Source: a virus. Taken from it: a stretch of 64,000 nt of DNA. How positions within the stretch are numbered: the first letter of the stretch is position 1; each line of letters starts with the position of its first letter. The stretch lies in the IMG/VR virus record IMGVR_UViG_3300021197_001203, positions 32,001 through 96,000 of that record. One strand, 5' to 3'. Shown here one piece after another: positions 44,509 through 54,500 of this stretch. The translations under genes and the position numbers were made by a program. A model generated the notes under the pieces. That model saw only the letters and a program-made list of their open reading frames with translations, was not told the DNA's origin and did no database searches.

Positions 44509-46258
44509 TATCAGGATGCACGATGTTGCTTAATTGATCGATAGTAGTCACGCCACCTTTGTCTAAGAATCGTTGCACGTTATGGTTAGGGTTTTCTAAA
44601 TGGAACGCTGTTTCCGGTTGCACAGGAGGTAATGCCCCCAGTGCTTCTTCAGTAGCCCTACCAAAGTCTGTACCCATTTGGAACGGTATAATTGATTTAG
44701 CGTGATATGCGGGTACTGATACTTTTTTCCCAGTGATTGGATTAATGTAGCTGAAACCTCTTGTTTGTTGTGTACCACGGTTTGACCCTTTAGGTGCAAA
44801 GGCATATCCAGCACCCGAAAGTATGCTGCCCATCGTCCTTACTTTTCCTTCACGATTCCCAAATTGAAAGCTATCCAATAATGCGTCTCTAGGTTGTCTA
44901 GTTAATGAATTACTTTTCATGCCTTTTTTTGAAAACTTTCTCATACCCTCTAATAATATTTCATCTAAGAAAGCTCTAGGCACAGGAACAGATGAACTTC
45001 TAAGTTGAGGGACGCTAGAGAAATCACTGTATTTTGCTTTAGTATTAAACAACACGTCTTTTCTAGGGTCTTTAGATATTTGTCCTATTCTTGGTCTAGG
45101 CACCCACCCTTTAGGAAACCTACCAAAAAAATCTGTTCTCTTTAACGGTGGAAGATTCGCAGCACCATACCTCAATTGTTCACCTGTATTCCCTGCATAT
45201 TTTATTGATGTCTCTAAGGGGTCTAAACCAGTCCCAGTAATAGGTGATCGATTTTGGGCTATACCGAAGAGAGAGGCTACTGGGTCAGAATAAGATGCGT
45301 GATTGACCGAAGCAAAATCAGGTAATATTTTACTGTATGTCATCGGCATAAATCTAGCCATCCCCGTAGGGTTTTCAAGAATACTAAACATATCGGGATT
45401 ACGGCGTGTCATCTCTTCAACTAATTTGAAAGTATCACGGAATAATTTTGCAGTTCCTTTATTAGACCCTCCAAAGTTTTTCTTTTTACCAGTAATAGGG
45501 TCGGTCCTCCAATCAGGCATTTTTGGTTTCCAATTACCAGCTGGATTTTCATCAGTCGATTCTCCCATCCACGCTGGGGCTTCATTTGTAGTGCCTCTAG
45601 CCTCTAGTGCTTCTCTTTTCCCTTCTTTATTATATCCCTCCGGTTCGTGCCATTTACTACCTACGGCAGCAACACTCATATCAACACAGGTAGGACTACC
45701 GAATAACACATCAGGCATACGACCACCAAAATGATCTTCGATTTCATTTACAGATAAGTCCTGTATATCAGATAAGAACGTAGGGGTTATACCCATTTGC
45801 TTACTGTCAGGGCCACCCGTTTTACCCCAATCAGACGTTGCCCCTGTATGTCCTCTTCGATACATATCAGAACCCCAGCCACCCGGCAAAACCTTTTCTC
45901 CACCTACTCCTGAAAACAATTCCATTGACATAAGTTCCTTTTGTTTAGGGGACATATTAGGACGCTCAGGTGCTAACACTGCTACACTCAATTCTTCTTC
46001 AGATGCTTTCGCAATATGTTTGCGGCTACCTCCCGCGCCCAGCTGCCTACGCATTGTAGGTCTAACATTACCCCTTGATTTGTTTCTTGAGTATCTTCTT
46101 TGAGTCTTTGCTCGTTTATTCTTACGGCTCTTATTCCAAGCTCTAGCTTTAGCTTGTCTCTCAGCTCGGCCACTTATTGTATTGCGTGAATAACCAGTGA
46201 ACTTACCCTTGTCCTCATTCTTGGTCATCTCCCAAGCCTCATCAAAAGGATCAGTCAC
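44474..46258 (-). CDS. leader-tagged C5-cytosine DNA methyltransferase-like protein with a basic N-terminal module
   Basis: MTDPFDEAWEMTK; ELFSGVGG (I), DIQD, GSPTC..MS (IV), ILENP (VI), KRT (VIII), KSIIP. Confidence 0.75.
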   Translation of the reverse strand: MTDPFDEAWEMTKNEDKGKFTGYSRNTISGRAERQAKARAWNKSRKNKRAKTQRRYSRNKSRGNVRPTMRRQLGAGGSRKHIAKASEEELSVAVLAPERPNMSPKQKELMSMELFSGVGGEKVLPGGWGSDMYRRGHTGATSDWGKTGGPDSKQMGITPTFLSDIQDLSVNEIEDHFGGRMPDVLFGSPTCVDMSVAAVGSKWHEPEGYNKEGKREALEARGTTNEAPAWMGESTDENPAGNWKPKMPDWRTDPITGKKKNFGGSNKGTAKLFRDTFKLVEEMTRRNPDMFSILENPTGMARFMPMTYSKILPDFASVNHASYSDPVASLFGIAQNRSPITGTGLDPLETSIKYAGNTGEQLRYGAANLPPLKRTDFFGRFPKGWVPRPRIGQISKDPRKDVLFNTKAKYSDFSSVPQLRSSSVPVPRAFLDEILLEGMRKFSKKGMKSNSLTRQPRDALLDSFQFGNREGKVRTMGSILSGAGYAFAPKGSNRGTQQTRGFSYINPITGKKVSVPAYHAKSIIPFQMGTDFGRATEEALGALPPVQPETAFHLENPNHNVQRFLDKGGVTTIDQLSNIVHPDTIRYLQEMGHL

Positions 46259-46896
46259 TGGACATCACCTACATTTAACATCAATTCAGGGTCAATGTCT
46301 AGCAGCTGTTCTTGATCGTACTGCCCTCTTAAGGGCATACCTTGTAAAATAAGCTGTCTTTGCATATCAGGGAAGTAATTTGATGATAGTTCAATAGGGA
46401 CAGGGACGTTTCCTAAGAGTTGAAGTATAGCCATCATCCTGTGTCTGCCTTCATGCCCCACAATATCTCTTGATTGAGACACTTTGCCCAAAGTAGTATC
46501 GTTATTTGATGCAATTCTTAGATTGGGGATATAAGTAGGCTTGCCCTCTTTCATTCCCTGTATAATATTTTCTGTACGAGGGTTTTTTTGTTTCTTCTTC
46601 TTATCCCACCACATATAGTCCTGTAATACGCTGCCGTACATTTGTTCACCTTTATGATTCCCTTTTATTGGAGAGGTGAGCCTGAGATAGTCCTGTGGCT
46701 TCATCATGGTCTTAGTATGGTAGCTTCCAAAAACCGGACTCCCCCCCATCGGATAATAATTCGTTTCTCCATCTATGCCGGGTTCTCGCCAGCTTCTGCC
46801 CTTGTCGTTTTCTTCTTTATCCCAAAACTCCGTAGGGCCGACTTTGTATGTAGCCATTTTGACTAATGCCCAACCATGTTGAAAGGCATCGCTCAT
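46255..46896 (-). CDS. leader-tagged ParB/Srx-like protein
   Basis: True start ATG 46896 (MSDAFQHGWALVK); MKPQDYLRL; P.L; GHEGRHRMMA..VPI. Confidence 0.65.
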   Translation of the reverse strand: MSDAFQHGWALVKMATYKVGPTEFWDKEENDKGRSWREPGIDGETNYYPMGGSPVFGSYHTKTMMKPQDYLRLTSPIKGNHKGEQMYGSVLQDYMWWDKKKKQKNPRTENIIQGMKEGKPTYIPNLRIASNNDTTLGKVSQSRDIVGHEGRHRMMAILQLLGNVPVPIELSSNYFPDMQRQLILQGMPLRGQYDQEQLLDIDPELMLNVGDVQ

Positions 46897-47090
46897 GTAT
46901 GCGCCTTTGTTTTCAATCCTTTTTTGAGTTTGGGGTTTATTTTTTTCCACACCGCATCACAAATAGGACATTCCCATAAGAAAATCCGGTCTCTCGATCC
47001 TGCATAAAATCCGTTTATACGGATAGCCAATACTCGATTAGAACACTCAGGGCAGTCTTGACTTATCTTATCCTGATAGTGATTGACCAT
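46893..47090 (-). CDS. Zn-ribbon protein
   Basis: CPEC..WECPIC. Confidence 0.7.
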   Translation of the reverse strand: MVNHYQDKISQDCPECSNRVLAIRINGFYAGSRDRIFLWECPICDAVWKKINPKLKKGLKTKAHT

Positions 47091-48256
47091 CAGGTATGCC
47101 CCGCATGAGTGTAGGTGACTAATATTTTATCAGCCCCGCCAGTCTCAAAACCACCACCATTGTCGTCAGGTATGGTTATCGCAGTGCCCGCAGTATTGAC
47201 ATAGAAATCACCAACGGGTGCGCCACCACCTTGAGCTGATTGGATTAAAATACCATCACGCAATTTTTCTCCTGCCCCTGTGTCCGAAGCATCATAAGAA
47301 TGAATCTCAATAAGATACAAAGTGGAGTCATCTTGTGATTGCAGCGGCTTAAAAAGAATGTCCGTTCCGAATGTAATAGTTTTTGCAGCAGCCGGATTCC
47401 AATCAAATATCTTTTTTGAAGTACGGTGTGTAGGAGTTAGTTGGTACACTCCACCCCCTCCTGCATATTCTCCTACACCTTTATCTGATTGGAAGAAAAG
47501 GTGTGTCTGATCAATGCCGTTTGGCGTTCCTGATAACCCTCTAGGGTTTCTAGCAAATAAGAAACCTAAATCTGAAACAGGCAGGGTGCCGTTTTGACTA
47601 CCTGCTATGAAATCGTTGGCTGGGTTGGAACCGTTGCTTGCATGATTACTTAAAGCCGAGATTGGATAAGGGCCGGGGCGAATGAATACTCTTTTGTCAT
47701 TACACTTCGCAATAGCAACGCCGCTGTTGTAAGTTAATCTGCATGAAGCTAATACGATAGTGTGTTTAGCTAGATGACCTGATGGGCTTTGTGGATAAAC
47801 ACCAGTTGCAGTATTCACTTCGTCTCCGTAAATATAACCTATGAAACCTGCTTTGGTAGGGTCAACATAAACTAACAACATTCTTTCGTAGCCACTACCA
47901 GTCAAGGTAGGAACCGAATTGCCGTTATACGGGAAAAAAGATGCAGTGCCTCCAGCTGTAATATCTTTAGCAATACTAGATACTTCGTAAAACATACCAT
48001 CTAGTAAAACAGTACCAGCTGCAACTGTAATAGTGGTGCCGCTAAATGAGGTGGCACAATTGCCATTAACATAGGACAACCTATTAGAATTAGAGCTGTG
48101 ATAATCATTTACGGTGATTGGTACTACCCCGTTCATCAAAGCCCTTTCATTAAAATTAGTTAGTGTGGGGCTTGTCAATACATCTCCATCGAGCAAACCA
48201 TCTTCTTGGTCAGACCCCGTTTTCTTCTCATGTCCTTCACCTAAACTCGCCATCAT
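47090..48256 (-). CDS. virion structural protein (tail tip/fibre-associated)
   Basis: 388 aa; G/T/S-rich; ITVAAGTVLLDG; DKRVF; tail-module position. Confidence 0.6.
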   Translation of the reverse strand: MMASLGEGHEKKTGSDQEDGLLDGDVLTSPTLTNFNERALMNGVVPITVNDYHSSNSNRLSYVNGNCATSFSGTTITVAAGTVLLDGMFYEVSSIAKDITAGGTASFFPYNGNSVPTLTGSGYERMLLVYVDPTKAGFIGYIYGDEVNTATGVYPQSPSGHLAKHTIVLASCRLTYNSGVAIAKCNDKRVFIRPGPYPISALSNHASNGSNPANDFIAGSQNGTLPVSDLGFLFARNPRGLSGTPNGIDQTHLFFQSDKGVGEYAGGGGVYQLTPTHRTSKKIFDWNPAAAKTITFGTDILFKPLQSQDDSTLYLIEIHSYDASDTGAGEKLRDGILIQSAQGGGAPVGDFYVNTAGTAITIPDDNGGGFETGGADKILVTYTHAGHT

Positions 48257-48594
48257 CTCACCTCGATCAACACATCAACCTTAATCTCATTAGTTGCGTC
48301 TTTGGTTATTGGCATAAATGTAGCCCTGTATGCAGGGGTGTCCAATGCCGTATCTCCCGTCAAAACTAATTCCTTAATTGATTGAGAAGATACAAGTTGG
48401 TTATCAAACGTAGCGGAAATAGCCAAAGTGCGGTCATCTATTCTTCTTACGTTTGGTGTCACACTCATCTGAGGATTACCCGCACCGCCGTCCCTACTAG
48501 ACGAATCGCCACCACTAGAACCCAATGTTATTTGAGATACTAAAGTGGCTAAGTGGTCTGTAAGAGCAGATTTTAATGTATCGAGAATAGGCAT
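48253..48594 (-). CDS. small tail/baseplate structural protein
   Basis: ITLG..IKEL.L..R..F.PI.K pattern; tail-module position. Confidence 0.55.
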   Translation of the reverse strand: MPILDTLKSALTDHLATLVSQITLGSSGGDSSSRDGGAGNPQMSVTPNVRRIDDRTLAISATFDNQLVSSQSIKELVLTGDTALDTPAYRATFMPITKDATNEIKVDVLIEVR

Positions 48595-51500
48595 TATTTC
48601 ACCACATAATATATTGATTTGGATTCGCCCATCGGTAAAGCCCGCTTGCCACCATCACGCACTCCTACCTTACCCATCCCATTAGTGTGTTTCGCACCAA
48701 TTAAGAATCCACGGTTGTTTGTTGAACGTATTGATATACGATGGACTGCCTTTATTTTAACACTACCCGATATTGCTAGCTCTATCAAATCTATTGTTTC
48801 AGAGGCTGAATCATCTGCTGGTGCTGTATTACTTGTGAATGCTTGTAAGTCTGATAATAATCCTTCAATCCCCTTATCATATTGCCCTATGACAAAATTA
48901 CTTTCTAGGTTAGTATAATCGTGTTCAGCCTCAAAGACGGCATATTCACCTCTAACTTCATGTATCGGTAAATTAAGATTTATGATCTCACCGGGGGCAA
49001 TATTTGTGCTAGACATAACACCCTTCAATTCTATAACAGGGCTTTTATTTTCAGTTCTCGCCAATATAGCCTTAGCTAATTTCATCGCTTCCTGTTTTGT
49101 TTTCAATCCCGGTATCTCTTGACGTAATGTTTTTGCTAAACCTGTTGTAGCACCTCTCCCCGCTTCGTCCCTCATTCTTTCAGGGTCTTTTATGGCAACA
49201 TATACTCGTTCATTGTTCGCTAGTGTATCTCCAGCAACAATTACTTCATTTGGAGAGTCAATCATTTTACTTACACCAACAGCTCTAACCGGATTACTGA
49301 CATTGATCGTTGAACCCTTGTTGTTGAAAGTAGCTCTTGAATAAATTAACCCTCCATTTCTTTCATTGACAAGTTGCCTCCCATCCAATTGTGAAAGATT
49401 TCTTATAGCCTCCATGATGTTAATTCCTTTTGTTTTTCTAGCAACAAAAGTATTAGAATGGTCATTGATTAATCTAAGTGATGGATGAGCATTTAAGGAA
49501 GAAGAAACCTCCTTATCATTTGCTGTTAATGCAGATGTAGGTGTCACGTTATAACCAGCTAATTCGGACCCAGCATCATCTAATAGCATCAAAGCTGCAT
49601 CTGATGTTCTGACACCCACAAAACCATATTGCCCTAAGACTACCCCACTCTCTAAATCAATTCCATTATCGCCCAAACTATCTCCTTTGATATTCTTAAA
49701 TCGTAGTGAAGTGGTGTTTTCTTCAGTAGTAATGTCTGCGATTCTTAACCTAACACCTTGACTATCGAATAGATATGGCGGGGAAAATGTCTCACTAAGT
49801 TCCCTACCGTCAACTCTAATTTTTTGAATACCTTTGTTCTGATTGGTAATTGCAGATATGTTTTTTCCATTAGAAATATTAAATATTCTCTGACTGACCA
49901 TTATGAAATCTGAAGGGTCGTATTCTAACAGCCCTCTGTATGAAAGCGAAGTTTGTTTTACCACTGAAAGCGTAGCATCAAATCTTTTCCAAGTATCAGT
50001 TTCTATTTTACCCAAAACCAATGCGTTATCTGCTAATGTGGGTATAGTGACATATGGTAATGTTAATGCCCGCCTGTCGGATAATGAAGTAGGACTTGAC
50101 TCGGTTGTGTAGTGAAGAGTCTGTCCTGTTAAGTCGGTGATGCCTGTATTGTTTGCAGATAGTGTCAATCTATTCCCTGATTTAGCGGAGTAAGTAAGTT
50201 TACCTTTTGAGACTACAAACAATGTACCACTGTTAGGTAGCAAAGAAGCATCATCGATCACGATGTAGTTATTGCTACTTATTGTATATTGTGATTTAAC
50301 CAAAAATGTGGGGTATGTCCTCATCATAGAATCTAATGTTGTATGCGTGGCTTGGTCTTCTAACCCTTGTTTAGCAAAGTCGCCCCCTATGCCTGTACCA
50401 TCAACATAGTATCTAACTTGTGTTTGATGAAGTTTCTCGCCGCCACCGGGGTGAGGGGTTTGAGAATATCTAGGCTCGATTTCAGGATTAAAACCACCGT
50501 CAATAGTTTTCCTAGCTGCATCTGATTTGAAAAATTGTAGCATTGATGAAGACGGTATAAGGTGGTATGCAGCATCATATTCATTAGCATCAGGCCAGTC
50601 AATGCTTAACGTGCCTTCAGCCGTACTCACGAATCTATTATTTCCTAAGCCTTTAGACACATTAGCTTCAAACACACCATAGCGGCCATCTCTAGTAAAT
50701 GGCTGATGAGCTAATTTTTCGGTGTTAGTGGTTTTACATCTAGCCCCATTTAGCCAACCATCTTGAAGTAAGTCAGATGCAAAACCAAATAGCTTCAATG
50801 GCCTTACTGGTCTAACTATGTAATCAACTGCTTTGCGTCTTGGATGTGATGACATAGCATTTCCGCTAGTCCCATGTACCTCAGTGGACATGACTCCATC
50901 TTTTTCTCTATTCAAATATGATTTACGAAGAATATAGACACCACCCCAAGCTGGCAGATCGGCAGAACCTCTTACCGTCCAAGAATCAAGAGCATGAGTC
51001 TTTGCATATACTAACGGGACATAATCTATTGTGGCTAATGTAGGGGCTATAACCGCACTGCTTCCTGCATTGCTGAGGACAATTGTAGGATTGCTTGTGA
51101 AACCTAACCCCCCATTGGTCATTGTTAGAGATATTACGGGGCCAGTTGTGCCTACTACTGCAACACCGGAACCGTTAGAGGGGCTGGTTTCCACGTAATT
51201 CCCTCCTAAATCCTGAACTTCATATGTTAAAGAAAGCGTATGTGCAGCTAAGAAATTAGCACCTGCACTTGTTATACTAATCCCCGTGACAGTCAATTGA
51301 CCGTTGACGGTTAAAGCAATTATGGCTTGTGTTGCTGTGATTCCACCAACCGCATTACTATTGATTCTGACTCTATAAGTTGTGGTTTCGGCATTCGACA
51401 TACGAAGGCTATTCAAAGTGAATCCAGTTATTGTTCGGCCTACTAGATAGGTACCCGCAAAACCACTACCGCCCCCTCCTGTTGCGGTTAGATTGCCATC

Positions 51501-54500
51501 AGAATAACCAGTACCAGCAGCGGAAATAGCCAGTGAAGCTACCGCAACGCCTCCACTCCCTTTAGCATCATCACTATCGGGAGACCATGTAGGTTGAGTG
51601 TATTCATTTGCGAAAGTAGTATTACTACCCGCACCACCATCAAGTGTGTACCCTGACTTTGACAATTGTGCTTTATTCACCCAAGAAGGTGCCACAGGGT
51701 AATGTTGCCCCACAATTAAATCAGAGTGTAATGATGCTGCTTTCGTTCCTATAACTTGATACTCAACACTTTTATTTTCTAGTATCTCGTTTTGTGTATC
51801 TATGATCAAACCCAATCTTGGTTCGGTTCTTGATTGCACTTGTCTATGTTCTGCAATTTCTGAAAGAGGAATAGGTTTTAGCTCAGTAGTTGCATTGTTT
51901 GATGAATTATATTTTGCACTACCCCAACCAGTCGTGGGATAATGTGTTTGTTTTTCACCACCGCTTGCTGCTAATATCCTCATAGCTGAATGGTCGATTG
52001 CTGAAGCATTTGTATGCAAAGCATTTCCTTTTAGATGGAAAAATGCTGCGCTGCTATTGCCAAAATTAGTTGCCGCATTATTAGCTGTCGTAGTCACTGC
52101 GGCATTAGATTGAGATTGATTGTAAGAGGCCGAGCCAGTATATTGATACAAGTCTATAAGCGGGTCTGAACCCTTGTTTTGGGGCTGTGCTTTCAACGGG
52201 GCTTCTAAGTAATCAGTGTCCCATAACCCAGCAGGGAATGAAGTGGGCAGCGTCATACCTCCTGACTCTAGTTTGAGAGTAGCACCTATCCCAATAGGAG
52301 TTTCAGATTTACTCAAAGGCAGATTCGATCTTCTCACATTATTTGAAAAGGGCGTAGCTTCAGATGTATGGCCACTCATTATCAACCCAATAGGTGTTGA
52401 TCTTTCAACGCCATTGTAATCTTTATCGAAAAACCACGAAGCACCGTGGTCTGTTTGGTTTGGCAATACTTGAACTGAATCATGCACCCCCCCATCAAAA
52501 CGTCCTTTACCATATATTGGCTGATTGTTTGACGTTGATTCATTCGGGTCTCCCGCCAACATATCTAAAGCATCTGAAGCTGTTCTAATTCCCCAAGCAC
52601 GTATAGGCAATCTCCTACTCATATCATATGCGACCATTGAATCAATTACTGACACATATTTAGAATATGAGACTCCATCAGCATCGACATCGTAAGATAT
52701 GGTACCCGCAGTTCTTTCAGGGTTCACTCCATCCCCTATACCTTCACCTCTTGAATGCCTTACGTTATCATATATGGTCTGTAATCTCAAAGTCCCCTGC
52801 GGTTCTCTAATTGTAGTATGCCCCATCAATACCGAGTTCGCACTTCTAAGACCTAATGTAGCCCCATGCCCCCCAGCGTTCAAACCATTGTAGCCATAAT
52901 TCTGAAGCCATTGAGTGACATATAGTCTTTCTATCGGGTCTGCGTTTTCAGCTTGTGCTGCGGTGGGGTGATGTGAAAAGTTTCTCAGATACAAACCCCT
53001 GACTGGTGGATATTGTAATGCCCGTGGCATCCCAGCTTCTCTATACCTAAAAGTCATAAAATGTTCTCTTGAAGTGCCGAACACTGCTGGATGGCTATAC
53101 TCAGCCAACCAATTACACAAAAATGCGTCAGGCGTTGCACCCGTTCCGGTGTCTGCTGCCTTCAACAATCCTCTGTCTGCATTTGTGGCCGTTATACCAC
53201 CACCAGCTGAAGTTCTAGCGGCTAAATTGAGGTATTCAGGGTCGTGACAAATTAATGGGGGAACCGTTGCTAACTCAGTACCTATTCGCCCTACTGCTAC
53301 CCCTTCTTCTCTTCCTGAGACAAAATAATTAGAAGAGCCAGCGTAAATTATAGGAGGAATTGGTTTGCCTCCTGCAAGAAGATAATCTCCAAGAATAAAT
53401 CCGTTTATAACGAACTCATTGGCTACGTTATATTCAGCAGAAGGTAGGGTATTGTCAAAAGTTAGCTTGGTAGGCCCAGCTACCGTCAAAGCCGTATCTC
53501 GACTTGGAACCGCCCTCCTTACAACGTGCCCCACGCCCATTTTTTCAGTATGTTCTTGACCGGGTGCGATCAGATAGTCTATCTTGTCTCTAGGTACGAT
53601 GCTGCTGTAAGTTGTTTTGACATCAGGAAGTCTATACCCCTTTATTTCGTCTAAAGGCATACCATCTGCTGAAAATGACCCTGTGGAGTAATCATAATTT
53701 GTTTGTCCTTTTGTGTCAAGAGTGTCTAATTCGTAAATCTGATTAGTTTGACCTGCTTTGCCCGAACCAAAACCATGATGTTTATGTTCGCTCTCAGCTT
53801 CAAACAAAAGAGAATAAGAGGAACCGTGTGAACGGTGCAATTGCTTTCTAAGAGCCATTGGTGTACCCCTGTGCATTAAAGGAGACACAAAGCTATGCCC
53901 TTGCCTACCAAAACGTATTCTATGGTGGGGGTAGGGGTAGCCTGATTGAACACCGTTAGCAGCCTGTGTAAGCACTGAACCCCTCTCAGCGTGGTCTGTT
54001 ATCCTATGAGCCGTATAGAGGCGTGTAGTGCCGCTTGGAACGGCCCCAGCAGTAGTATGCGGCACTAGACCTTGTTTCGTGGCTAGATCGGGATGCAATA
54101 GCCTTTGACAATGAAATACTAACGTGCGGTCATGTGTATCAAACTGTGAAGCCTTATTTGCTGCCTCCGCGATACCGGGTGTACGAGGGTCAGGTGCTGA
54201 AAGACCACCAAGCCCCCAAGTCATGTTAGAATAGGCTTGAACTCTATCGTGCCCACTTCTTACGAATATTTCTCCCGGTATGTCTTGGGGGTCGGGCAGC
54301 TGAATCTCCAAATTAGGGGTTAATTTACCATCAGTAGTCGAAGGGCCTGTTATTTCTTCACCAGTAATGGGGTCTTCTCGGACATTCTTTGTCTTCATGT
54401 CTTTGATTACTACCCCCCACGGTGAACCCCCGGATATAGTAAGCACATTTCCTTGATCATCTTTTGTCAACAAATCTTCAAAGACCATATGTTCGTTAGG

